Source: Bacteroidales bacterium
Lineage (GTDB): Bacteria > Bacteroidota > Bacteroidia > Bacteroidales > VadinHA17
Direction of reading: 5' to 3'
Length of the DNA stretch: 64,000 nucleotides
Assembly: GCA_034004115.1 (NCBI GenBank)
Contig: JAVEXG010000004.1
Location: 4,593 to 68,592, forward strand
Below the pieces are notes generated by a model. That model made no database searches. It had not been told where the DNA came from and was given only the letters and a program-made list of their open reading frames with translations. Below are positions 34,964 to 43,722 of the stretch, piece by piece (within the stretch, counting starts at the first letter, position 1; every line of letters starts with the position of its first letter). Made by a program: the position numbers and the translations under genes.

Positions 34964-35962
34964 ATGTCACAGGTAATTATCGGTGTTCACGGACTGGGGA
35001 ACAAGCCTCCCGCACCCCTCCTTGAACAATGGTGGAAATCTTCAATGAAAGAGGGTCTGAGACTTGGAAAATATGGAGTCAGCCTTCCTTTGTTCGAGAT
35101 GGCTCCATGGTCCGACATAATCCACAAAACTTCCCAGGACCCATCGGTGAAGGATCCGGAAAGTCCTTATTTCATTGATGAGAAATACACCGAAGCCCAA
35201 CCTGATTTTCATTCGGGCGACAATGGTACCCGGAAGAAGGTAGTCGATTTCATTGGCCGCCAGATGAACAGGGTTTTCCTGAACGAGGACCTGACGCTTA
35301 ATTACTCTTTTATAACCGATGCAATCATCAGCAGGTATTTCAGGGACCTCGAGATTTATTATTCCGACAAACCCTTTGAATCGGATGGAGGATCGGCAAC
35401 ATACAGGGAATTAATAAGGAAGAGACTCCTGGATAAACTGATTGAACACAGGAACGATGATATAATGCTTATCGGACATTCAATGGGCTCCATAATAGCC
35501 TTTGATGTGCTTACATTCATGGCTCCGGAAATCAGGATCAATACTCTTGTTACAATGGGTTCGCCCCTGGGTCTGCCGGTTGTGATAAGCAAGATTGCTG
35601 CAGAGATGAGGCAGAAAGGCATAAGCGATACCAGGCTGAAATCACCTCCGGGGGTAACAGGAAACTGGTACAACTATTCCGACATCCTCGATACAGTTGC
35701 CTTTAATTACCGGCTGGCTGACTATTATAATGAGAACAGATCCGGTGTTAAACCGGTTGATCATCTTGTTGTAAACGACTATGAATCAAACAAGGTAAGG
35801 AATCCCCACAAGGCCTACGGATACCTTCGGACTCCCCGGTTCACTGCCGTCCTGAATGAATTCATATCCACAGGAAAATTATCCGTAAAAGAGAGAATTA
35901 TGCGCTGGATTCAGAGAACCCTGTCTCCATTCCGTGCATCTCCGATCCTGAATACAGACTAA
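34964..35962 (+). CDS. Lipase/esterase-like alpha/beta hydrolase
   Basis: 332 aa. Begins VIIGVHGLGNKP and has the nucleophile elbow IGHSMGS. No signal peptide. Confidence 0.72.
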   Translation: MSQVIIGVHGLGNKPPAPLLEQWWKSSMKEGLRLGKYGVSLPLFEMAPWSDIIHKTSQDPSVKDPESPYFIDEKYTEAQPDFHSGDNGTRKKVVDFIGRQMNRVFLNEDLTLNYSFITDAIISRYFRDLEIYYSDKPFESDGGSATYRELIRKRLLDKLIEHRNDDIMLIGHSMGSIIAFDVLTFMAPEIRINTLVTMGSPLGLPVVISKIAAEMRQKGISDTRLKSPPGVTGNWYNYSDILDTVAFNYRLADYYNENRSGVKPVDHLVVNDYESNKVRNPHKAYGYLRTPRFTAVLNEFISTGKLSVKERIMRWIQRTLSPFRASPILNTD

Positions 35963-36010
35963 AGCCTGTTTCCCGGAACACATGAAAGACCGGCCGTACT
36001 GCTCAGCCTG

Positions 36011-36985
36011 TTACTGGCATTTCAGATTTGTCCTTTTAGCTTTTGAGGGTTCTGCAAAAGGTCCGAACATTGCACTCTTGAATGAAGCACAGGCTTCAGC
36101 AGTCTGACCTTTTCCTTCCTGGCCGAGACCAAGCTGGAAATAGAACTTGGCTTTTGCATCTGCAGCTCCTGTTTCCAGGGCAAGACCTTTCTGTGCATAT
36201 TCGATTCCGCTGTCAAACGACTTCTTTTTGTTGTAAACATCTGCAAAGAAGTAGAAGAGATCCTTGTCTTCCCCGTATTTTGCAGCTTTGGTCAGCAGCA
36301 CGATTGCCTCATCGAGATTGTCGGCCTGGTTTGCCTGCGATCCGGAAGCACGGAAATACTCAAGCGCAAGAGTCGAAGCCTGCTTTGACATCTGGTCGTC
36401 CTTACCTGCCTCGAGCTTGGAAAGGAACAGATCAATAGTCTCTTCGAAGGCTGCTGAGTTGTTCTGACTCCTGTAGATCAGGGCTTTGTTGTAAATTGCA
36501 TTGCTGTAGTCGGGATTGATTGCAAGAAGGCTGTCGAATGCAAGAATAGCCTTGTCATAATCCTTCGCTGTAAATAATTCAGTACCCATTTTGTTGTAGG
36601 CCTGCACCATTATTTTTGATGCATTGTCCTTGCCAGCCGCATTGTTATATTTCTCGGCAGCAGCAGCTGCCATTTTTGCTGCCTTAATGATTTCGTCAGT
36701 TGGCTTATTTTCCTTTATTGCATTGTTGGCCGCCCTTACATACAACCCGGGGAGCACCTGAACGGCTTTTGCTTTCAGATCATCGGCCGATTCACCCACC
36801 TTTTCCGACATCGTCACCACATTTTCGAATGCGGCTATTGCAGCCTGAACATCAGTCTGAAGCACCTTTGCTCCTTCATTATAGAATTTTATAACATCAT
36901 TTCTTTCCTGTCCGTTCAACATCGAAACCGCCGCAAAAGCAACCAGGAAAAGCCCTGCAAATTTTTTCATAATTTTTTCATTCAT
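36011..36985 (-). CDS. Tetratricopeptide-repeat protein (secreted)
   Basis: 324 aa. Signal peptide (KKFAGLFLVAFAAVSMLNG) and a repetitive Ala/Lys/Tyr-rich helical pattern (AILAFDSLLAINPDYSNAIYNKALIY). Confidence 0.8.
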   Translation of the reverse strand: MNEKIMKKFAGLFLVAFAAVSMLNGQERNDVIKFYNEGAKVLQTDVQAAIAAFENVVTMSEKVGESADDLKAKAVQVLPGLYVRAANNAIKENKPTDEIIKAAKMAAAAAEKYNNAAGKDNASKIMVQAYNKMGTELFTAKDYDKAILAFDSLLAINPDYSNAIYNKALIYRSQNNSAAFEETIDLFLSKLEAGKDDQMSKQASTLALEYFRASGSQANQADNLDEAIVLLTKAAKYGEDKDLFYFFADVYNKKKSFDSGIEYAQKGLALETGAADAKAKFYFQLGLGQEGKGQTAEACASFKSAMFGPFAEPSKAKRTNLKCQ

Positions 36986-37237
36986 CTTTCTTACAGATTA
37001 TCAGGTTAATACATCATTTTATTAATTAAGGCGTATAAAATTAAAAAAATTCTCAAATTTTCCACTGTCTATATGACAAGTATGGTGAATAATTTGTTTA
37101 AACGATGAAAGAAAATGACAGGAGCCTGGGCTGACTAATTGATGTTGGTGCAGAAGAACAACCTCTATTTTCTCGCTCCCAAATTATCTGTTCCTCCCAC
37201 ACCGTTTATATTGTGCAGTCCGGGGATGCGGGATTAT

Positions 37238-37402
37238 CCCCCCTTCCCAACCGTTATGATTACCCCCTTCCCAGCCTTCCCCCAGGGGGGAAGGAGCCGG
37301 CAAGCTTTTCTCCCTGGGATAAACGGAGAAGATTGTATATTCAAAGGCAGGTGCGATTGATCAAGAAGCTTTTCCCCCTTGGGGAAACGGGAAAGGGGGT
37401 CA
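37238..37402. repeat. C5/G5-hairpin intergenic repeat family, locus 5 (most complete copy: A-A-B'-B)
   Basis: ccccccttcccaaccg..., acccccttcccagccttcccccaggggggaaggagccggcaagcttttctccctgggataaacggagaag, a ~45-nt spacer, then aagcttttcccccttggggaaacgggaaagggggtcaag. A further cccccttgggggcttggggg lies at 37523-37546. Confidence 0.8.
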
Positions 37403-37728
37403 AGAAAACAGAAAATGACATCTGAAATGAAGTAGTATCTTGTTAATTTTTGTTGTTCGCACCCCTGAAATATTTTAGGGATGAGCGCAGCCCGTCTTTA
37501 TGGCTTCGTTTGCGGAGTCTTAGCCCCCCTTGGGGGCTTGGGGGTGGATTTCAGAGGCAAGAATCAACGGATCATTATTCGTTATAACCGATATTCATTT
37601 TTTTATTGGTACAAAATTTGATTGCATCCTTTGATATTGAAATTATTTTGCCCTGAAAATTAGGGATCTATAAAGTTTGGGAATTTTATATTAATTTTGG
37701 AACCTGTCAATAAAGCCCTCTGTAAACG

Positions 37729-39225
37729 ATGAAAAAGCTGAATTTCCTCTATATTGCCTTTCTCCTGGTTCTGATGATTCCGGGTGGATGCAAAAAGGAT
37801 CCCGAGCCTCCTGTTGTAATCGAAGAAGCTTCCGATGAAAAAAAATTCATCTACGACGGTCTTTCCACTTACTATTTCTGGGAGAAACAGGTTCCGGCAC
37901 TCACAAAATCACTCTATGAATCGAACAAGGACAGCCTGAACGCTTTTCTTAATAAATATGCCGACCCGGAGGATCTCTTTTACAGTCTTCTTTACAAATA
38001 CCAGGAGGTCGACAGATTTTCGTTCGTTGTCGACGATTATGCCGAACTCGACGACTGGCTGGCCGGTATCTCAGAGACCGTCGGGATGAATTTCCAGCTC
38101 TACTATATCGACGATGCCAGCAACAAGCTTGTCGGTGTAATAAGATATGTGTTTAAGGATTCCCCGGCCGACCTTGCAGGACTGAAACGCGGCGACATAT
38201 TCACTCAAATAAACAACCAGCAGCTTACTGATGACAACTACCAGTCGCTCCTGTTCACAAACGTCAGCTATACTATGGGTTTTGCCGACTATAACGGCAC
38301 CGGCTTTATTTCAAACGGCCGCACTGTACCGCTTACTGCAATTGATCTGATGGAAAATCCCATCTATCTCAATACAATACTCGATGTGGACGGGATAAAG
38401 GTAGGCTACCTTGTCTATAACGGCTTTAGCAACTCCTTCGATGTCAGGATTAACACAAACTATGATATTGCCCTCAATAATGTGATGGGAAATTTCAGGG
38501 ATGGGAACATAAGCAAGCTGATCCTCGACCTGAGGTACAATCCGGGCGGTTTCGTGAATTCAGCCATTTACCTTGCCAGCATGATACATTCCACAAATAC
38601 CAGCCTGATTTTTGCAAAGACCCAGTTCAACGACATGCTTACAAGCTATTATCTGACGAATTATGGTCAGAATTATTTCAATGAGTATTTCCAGAGCAGC
38701 ATTGCGGCTACAGACAATACACCTGCAACCCCTATAAACTCGATCGGTCTGAGCGAGCTTTATGTAATCACTTCCTCAGAAACGGCATCAGCTTCGGAAA
38801 TGCTTATCAATGGCCTCAAACCTTATATCACTGTAAAACAGGTCGGCACCAACACCTACGGGAAGAATGTGGGCTCTTTCACAATCAAGGACTATATCGA
38901 TAACGCCGGGACAGTTAACCCCAGACATAAATGGGCTATGCAGCCCGTGGTTCTCAAAATAGCCAACTCTGAGGACTTCAGCGATTTCACAAACGGGCTT
39001 CCTCCCGATATAGAGGCGAGGGAATATGCAGTCGACTTGCTGCCGCTGGGAGATCCCGAAGAGGAAATGCTGAAGGCCTGCCTCGATGATATCAGGGGAG
39101 TGAAATCCGCATCGGTTGTCAGAAAATCCCCGTTCAGATCGTTCAAATCGACGAACGATATGTCCCCGCTGGGCAGAATGATGTATATAGATAAGATTCC
39201 TCCGCTTCCGGAAACAGTACGCTGA
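37729..39225 (+). CDS. S41-family (C-terminal processing/tail-specific type) peptidase lipoprotein
   Basis: 498 aa. Lipobox MIPGGC, PDZ-like GLKRGDIFTQINN, DLRYNPGGF, and catalytic-Ser region SSETASASEMLINGL with a downstream TYGK. Confidence 0.88.
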   Translation: MKKLNFLYIAFLLVLMIPGGCKKDPEPPVVIEEASDEKKFIYDGLSTYYFWEKQVPALTKSLYESNKDSLNAFLNKYADPEDLFYSLLYKYQEVDRFSFVVDDYAELDDWLAGISETVGMNFQLYYIDDASNKLVGVIRYVFKDSPADLAGLKRGDIFTQINNQQLTDDNYQSLLFTNVSYTMGFADYNGTGFISNGRTVPLTAIDLMENPIYLNTILDVDGIKVGYLVYNGFSNSFDVRINTNYDIALNNVMGNFRDGNISKLILDLRYNPGGFVNSAIYLASMIHSTNTSLIFAKTQFNDMLTSYYLTNYGQNYFNEYFQSSIAATDNTPATPINSIGLSELYVITSSETASASEMLINGLKPYITVKQVGTNTYGKNVGSFTIKDYIDNAGTVNPRHKWAMQPVVLKIANSEDFSDFTNGLPPDIEAREYAVDLLPLGDPEEEMLKACLDDIRGVKSASVVRKSPFRSFKSTNDMSPLGRMMYIDKIPPLPETVR

Positions 39226-39957
39226 TCAGGGAATAATATTATTTTTCTCGTTTTTATCTGCGATATCTGCTGTCCGGAGCAGTCTGCTTGTGTCTGCAAC
39301 ATTAATTGCAAATAATATAAGGACTGCAATCAATGCGGAATAGCTGATTGAACCCGGCAGAAAGACTTCCAGGATGAGAATGAGCGAGATCAGTATCCTT
39401 GCTTCCGTCGGACTGAATTTGCCGGAATCGATCGAATACTGATTAGTTATTTTGTAACGCATCAGCACTATGATCATCTCCCATCCGTACATGACCACAA
39501 ATCCGTAACCCAGAAGTTCCCAGAAACCTTCAGCATACACCATGAATCCCGATCCGATAAGTATTATCCCTGTCCAGTCGAGTGTGATATCCAGGACAAA
39601 ACCATAGAATCTGCGTGCCTTGTTACGGTAATATGCAAGCCGTCCGTCGAGTGAATCCCCGAACCAGCCTATCAGAAACCCCAGGGGCCCCAGGAGCAGG
39701 AACATCCTGTCGAAATACGCTGCAAGAATGAACCCGGCAAACACAACGAAACTGCCAAAAAGTCCAAACCCGCTGAGCATATCCGATGTGATCCTTTCAG
39801 GAATGCGCTGTACCAGCCAGGCAATAGCCCTTTGTTCCTGCTTACGCAGAAGGTTGGTCCTTGTTCTGTCGCGCGATATTATCTCAAGAATCTCGTTGAT
39901 CCTGTCGGAAGGACGCTGTTTTGTTCTGTTTTTGTCCATCACAATAATAACCGGCAA
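39226..39957 (-). CDS. CDP-alcohol phosphatidyltransferase family protein
   Basis: 243 aa membrane protein with DSLDGRLAYYRNKARRFYGFVLDITLD, which fits D-G-x2-A-R-x8-G-x3-D-x3-D. Confidence 0.88.
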   Translation of the reverse strand: MPVIIVMDKNRTKQRPSDRINEILEIISRDRTRTNLLRKQEQRAIAWLVQRIPERITSDMLSGFGLFGSFVVFAGFILAAYFDRMFLLLGPLGFLIGWFGDSLDGRLAYYRNKARRFYGFVLDITLDWTGIILIGSGFMVYAEGFWELLGYGFVVMYGWEMIIVLMRYKITNQYSIDSGKFSPTEARILISLILILEVFLPGSISYSALIAVLILFAINVADTSRLLRTADIADKNEKNNIIP

Positions 39958-39980
39958 AGCCGGGGCAATCAGTGGCTTTT

Positions 39981-40400
39981 TTACTTCTCTGCCGCGATAT
40001 CTATTATTTTGATCTCTGTCGGCTTGCTTGTCCAGTCTGCGATAATCGTTCCGAACTCACCGAAATAGGGTGCAGCAAAATGAAAGTCGATCGCTGCCTG
40101 ATTTTTGTACTTCTCGACAAAAATGAAATTTGACTTTTCATAGGGATCCTGATACAGCATGTATCCGAGGCATCCCTCTTCCTTATTCGAGCTTTCAATT
40201 ATTGTTTTTGCTGCATTGATGAAGTCAGCCTCCCTGCCGGGTTTGATAAAAGCTTTCGCGATAATCATTTTCTGATAGTCGGGAGCCGGTGCAACGGTTT
40301 CAGCCTGTGGTGATTCCTGCGCCTGGGGAGCAGTCTTCTGTTTGCATGAGAAACCTGCGGATACAAGCAGGATTGAGAGGATGAGGATTTTTGGATTCAT
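39981..40400 (-). CDS. ABM-domain (antibiotic-biosynthesis-monooxygenase-like) lipoprotein
   Basis: 139 aa. Lipobox LVSAGFSC, a Pro/Gln-rich linker, then a ferredoxin-like ABM pattern (IIAKAFIKPG...EEGCLGYMLYQD...FIFVEKYKNQAAIDFH). Confidence 0.78.
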   Translation of the reverse strand: MNPKILILSILLVSAGFSCKQKTAPQAQESPQAETVAPAPDYQKMIIAKAFIKPGREADFINAAKTIIESSNKEEGCLGYMLYQDPYEKSNFIFVEKYKNQAAIDFHFAAPYFGEFGTIIADWTSKPTEIKIIDIAAEK

Positions 40401-40498
40401 GTCGTATAAAAATTTAGTTTGACAAATTTAGTTTTTTTCACGAACAAATCCTCCGGGATGTTTCATAACCGGGCCTGAATTCTAATCCTTTATCCCGG

Positions 40499-41101
40499 TC
40501 AGGATTCCTTCCTGAGGTATTGCATCAGTATGTTCACCGCTTCATCCATGTCGTGACCGAAAGTCAGTATCCCTGACCTGTCGCCGGCCATCACTATGAT
40601 CCTTTTTTCGATCACGTCCGAATCGGTGAACAGCCTGAAAATATCCTTTGCAAGCCCTGTCGTTCCGTACTCCATCGATGGATTTGTTGTTGGGACCTTG
40701 TAGATAAGTTCGTTCCACAGGTCGATACTGTGAATATGGATCACGGCATTGGCTCCCGGATCGGCAAGATAGATCGCGGCATGAGTCAGCGACTCGGACG
40801 AAGCTTTCAGCGGTCCGGTGCACTGAACCGCATTGTCGTCGATATTGAATGAATTGACCTTTACATAGTGCCCCGGCTCCAGCTCGGTTATTTCTCCCGT
40901 AGCTGAACCGGTTATTATAAACTGATTTCCTCCTCTGATCCTCATGCTTATGTTACCGTAACCGACACCGTTCTCATAGGCTCCGATCAGGTCCATGTTA
41001 TACAGGACTTCCCTCCAGTAATTTATGATTTCATATTGTTCGTCGGAGATTACTGGCCCCGACTGATTCCAGTGACAATTGAATTTTACTACCCCTTCCA
41101 T
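40499..41101 (-). CDS. Class II aldolase/adducin-family protein (candidate MTRu-1-P / 5-deoxyribulose-1-P aldolase or dehydratase)
   Basis: 200 aa. GNISMRI, ITGSATG, SSESLTHAAIY, AVIHIHS (Zn His pair) and a late GHD. It lies 5 nt downstream of mtnA. Confidence 0.8.
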   Translation of the reverse strand: MEGVVKFNCHWNQSGPVISDEQYEIINYWREVLYNMDLIGAYENGVGYGNISMRIRGGNQFIITGSATGEITELEPGHYVKVNSFNIDDNAVQCTGPLKASSESLTHAAIYLADPGANAVIHIHSIDLWNELIYKVPTTNPSMEYGTTGLAKDIFRLFTDSDVIEKRIIVMAGDRSGILTFGHDMDEAVNILMQYLRKES

Positions 41102-41106
41102 TTTTG

Positions 41107-42216
41107 TTATTTAGTTTTTTCTGAAAATAGATTTCTTATGCTTTCTTCCTCCGCCCTGCAGATACCCTTTTCGGTTACAAGTCCGGTAACCAGTCTGGCG
41201 GGAGTTATATCGAATCCCCAGTTGCCTGCACGGGCATCATCGGGGCATATCCTTACCGGAATTATTTCTCCGTCATGATAACCCTCAACCATTGTAACCT
41301 CATCCTGGTCACGCTCCTCCACGACTATCTCCTTCAGACCGTCCGAAAGAGTAAAATCGATTGATGTTGAGGGCATAAGCGACCAGAACGGCACATTATT
41401 GTCGAAAGCGGCAACTGCCTTGAGGTAGGTGCCGATCTTATTGGCAATGTCTCCCTGCCTGGTGGCCCGGTCGCAACCGGAGAACACCAGATCGACCATC
41501 CCCTTCTGCATCAGGTGACCTCCTGCATTGTCGGTTATTAGGGTATAAGGGACTCCCTGTTTGCCAAGCTCCCATGCCGTGAGCCTTGCCCCCTGGTTCC
41601 GGGGCCTGGTCTCATCAATCCATACATGCAGCGGAATACCCTTTTCCCATGCCAGGTAGATGGGCGCGGTAACGGTTCCGTAATCGATGCATGCCAGCCA
41701 GCCTGCATTGCAGTGAGTGAGAATGTTGACAGGCTTTCCGCCCTTCCTTTCACTTATCTCCCTGATAAGAGGCAGCCCGTTCTCCCCTATCTTCCTGCAG
41801 TTTTCCTTTTCTGTCTCACATATCCCGAGGGCGGCATTCATGGCAGTTTCTGCCAGGAGCTCCGGTTCATCAATGCCCTTCAGGCTGTCCAGCACCTTAC
41901 CGACAGCCCAGGAAAGATTTACCGCCGTGGGCCGGCAGGAGATCAGATACGAGGCGGCATTGTTAAGGTGACTGGCGACATTCGTACGGCCTGTGATCTC
42001 AAGAGTCGCCAGGTACATTCCGAAAGCCCCGGCCGCACCGATGAGAGGAGCCCCCCTCACAGTCATGTCCTTAACCGCATTGTAAATGTCCTCCACGGAA
42101 CAAAGCTCCCGGGTTTCGAAGAAAAACGGGAGCCTTCGCTGGTCGATGACCAGCACCCTGCTTCTGTCGTTTTCATCAAGCCAGATGCCCTGATAGTTTT
42201 TTCCGTCAATGATCAT
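41107..42216 (-). CDS. mtnA: S-methyl-5-thioribose-1-phosphate isomerase
   Basis: 369 aa. LVIDQRRLPF, VRGAPLIGAAGAFG, CRPTAVNL, ILTHCNAG, ETRP.NQGARLTAWEL, GCDR...GD.ANKIGTY. Confidence 0.92.
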   Translation of the reverse strand: MIIDGKNYQGIWLDENDRSRVLVIDQRRLPFFFETRELCSVEDIYNAVKDMTVRGAPLIGAAGAFGMYLATLEITGRTNVASHLNNAASYLISCRPTAVNLSWAVGKVLDSLKGIDEPELLAETAMNAALGICETEKENCRKIGENGLPLIREISERKGGKPVNILTHCNAGWLACIDYGTVTAPIYLAWEKGIPLHVWIDETRPRNQGARLTAWELGKQGVPYTLITDNAGGHLMQKGMVDLVFSGCDRATRQGDIANKIGTYLKAVAAFDNNVPFWSLMPSTSIDFTLSDGLKEIVVEERDQDEVTMVEGYHDGEIIPVRICPDDARAGNWGFDITPARLVTGLVTEKGICRAEEESIRNLFSEKTK

Positions 42217-42321
42217 TATAATATCTTCCCCTGCGGAACAATTTGAGTTTCAAATTTACAAAATTAGTGCCTGATTGATATTCCGGAGGACTTATTTTAA
42301 ATTTGAGGATTGGGATTCTCA

Positions 42322-43028
42322 GGGGCTTCAGCCCCTTTTCCCTTCCCGGGACTAAAGTCCCTATAAAAAGGGGGGGGTGGTTGCCCAAACCGTCAGCTGA
42401 AGCTGACGGTAACAGAAGAACGTATTCCAGGGAACTTTCTGGATAACAGGCAATATATTCAAACAATTACCACTTCTGGTGTTGCGGTCGGCTTCAGTTG
42501 CAGTCCGCACTATCGTGATAGCTCCTATTTTTGCCGTCGGCTTCAGCCGCAGTCTGCACCTGGTTATTCCTGTGTTGCCGTCGGCTTCAGTTGCAGTCCG
42601 CACTATCGTGGAAGCTCCTATTTTTGCCGTCGGCTTCAGCCGACGGTCGGAAGTTCCCTCTCCCTCCGTGGGGCTTCAGCCCCTTTTCCCTTCCCGGGAC
42701 TAAAGTCCCTATAAAAAGGGGGGGGTTGCCCAAACCGTCAGCTTCAGCTGACGGTAACAGAAGAACGTATTCCAGGGAACTTTCTGGATAACAGGCAATA
42801 TATTCAAACAATTACCACTTCTGGTGTTGCGGTCGGCTTCAGTTGCAGTCCGCACTATCGTGGAAGCTCCTATTTTTGCCGTCGGCTTCAGCCGCAGTCT
42901 GCACCTGGTTATTCCTGTATTGCCGTCGGCTTCAGTGGCAGTCCGCACTATCGTGGAAGCTCCTATTTTTACCGTCGGCTTCAGCCGACGGTCGGAAGTT
43001 CCCTCTCCCTCCGTGGGGCTTTAGCCCC
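42322..43028. repeat. Nested tandem hairpin-repeat array: two ~347-bp units (42322-42669, 42670-43014) plus a terminal hairpin
   Basis: Each unit starts with ggggcttcagcccc, gggactaaagtccc and ccgtcagc-tkma-gctgacggtaac. It contains an internal 93-bp-period duplication (42481-42547 vs 42574-42640; gttgcSgtcggcttcagttgcagtccgcactatcgtg..agctcctatttttgccgtcggcttcagcc) and ends in the perfect palindrome ccgtcggcttcagccgacgg. The units are 348 and 345 bp and nearly identical. Confidence 0.9.
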
Positions 43029-43140
43029 TTATATCCTTTGTTTTCGAATAATCGACCGGATTCCTCGAAGATTTTGATAAGAAATAATTATGTTCTAAAT
43101 TTGCATCTGTTCCCGGTTATTCTTTAATGTCAACAGTCAT

Positions 43141-43722
43141 ATGGTTAATAAAGAGGAATATAGAAAGAAAATAATAATTACCTCCGGACAGATTTTCAGC
43201 CGTTACGGTTTCAGGAAAACTACAATGGAGGAGATATCAAAGGGCCTGAAAATGGGCAAGAGTTCTGTCTATTACTATTTCAAGGGCAAGGAGGATATCT
43301 TCGAGGCTGTTGTCCTTTACGAAGCCAATGTCCTTAGAAATGAACTTACTAAGGCTATTAAATCGGTCGAATCGCCGGTTGGCAAGATGAGGAACTACGT
43401 CTTTGTAAGGATGAAATCATTCGAAAAACTTTCCAACTACTATAACGCAATCTTTGATACGCATCTCGATCACTTCGACTTCATCGAACAGGTGCGCGAA
43501 AAATACGACCGCGAGGAACTGGCAATTCTCAGACTGATTCTGTACGACGGCGCCAGGAAGAAGGTGTTCAGCGTGAAAAACAGCGAGTATACAGCCCTCG
43601 CGGTTCAGACTACCCTTAAGGGACTTGAAGTCCCCCTGTTCTGGAAAAAGCGGGAAATTAACCTTGAGGAAAGACTAAACGCCATCCTCGACGTTCTCTT
43701 CAACGGGATACTTATGAAATAA
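43141..43722 (+). CDS. TetR/AcrR family transcriptional regulator
   Basis: 193 aa. HTH region FSRYGFRKTTMEEISKGLKMGKSSVYYYFKGKEDIF. Confidence 0.88.
   Translation: MVNKEEYRKKIIITSGQIFSRYGFRKTTMEEISKGLKMGKSSVYYYFKGKEDIFEAVVLYEANVLRNELTKAIKSVESPVGKMRNYVFVRMKSFEKLSNYYNAIFDTHLDHFDFIEQVREKYDREELAILRLILYDGARKKVFSVKNSEYTALAVQTTLKGLEVPLFWKKREINLEERLNAILDVLFNGILMK

Noticed and set aside
42217-42321. SAM-type riboswitch upstream of mtnA, and a Moco riboswitch upstream of the Mo-enzyme operon (4140-4338, 6037-6165, 7651-7743).
   Set aside because: None of the conserved cores I remember for SAM-I, SAM-II or Moco RNA motifs is present. Only generic small hairpins are seen. A covariance-model scan would be needed to be sure.
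42322-43028. Possible CRISPR array, given regularly spaced cgtcggcttcag-containing repeats at about 45-50 bp spacing.
   Set aside because: The would-be spacers are themselves repeated (93-bp and ~347-bp periodicity). The repeats are palindromic REP-like hairpins of variable sequence. No leader or cas genes occur anywhere in the window.
42206-43127. Eight overlapping ORFs of 66-94 aa on both strands (for example MRTATEADGNTGITRCRLRLKPTAKIG..., MLRSASVAVRTIV...).
   Set aside because: They are translations of the tandem hairpin array. All six frames are open because the repeats lack stop codons, the peptides repeat with the DNA period, and nothing resembles a protein domain.
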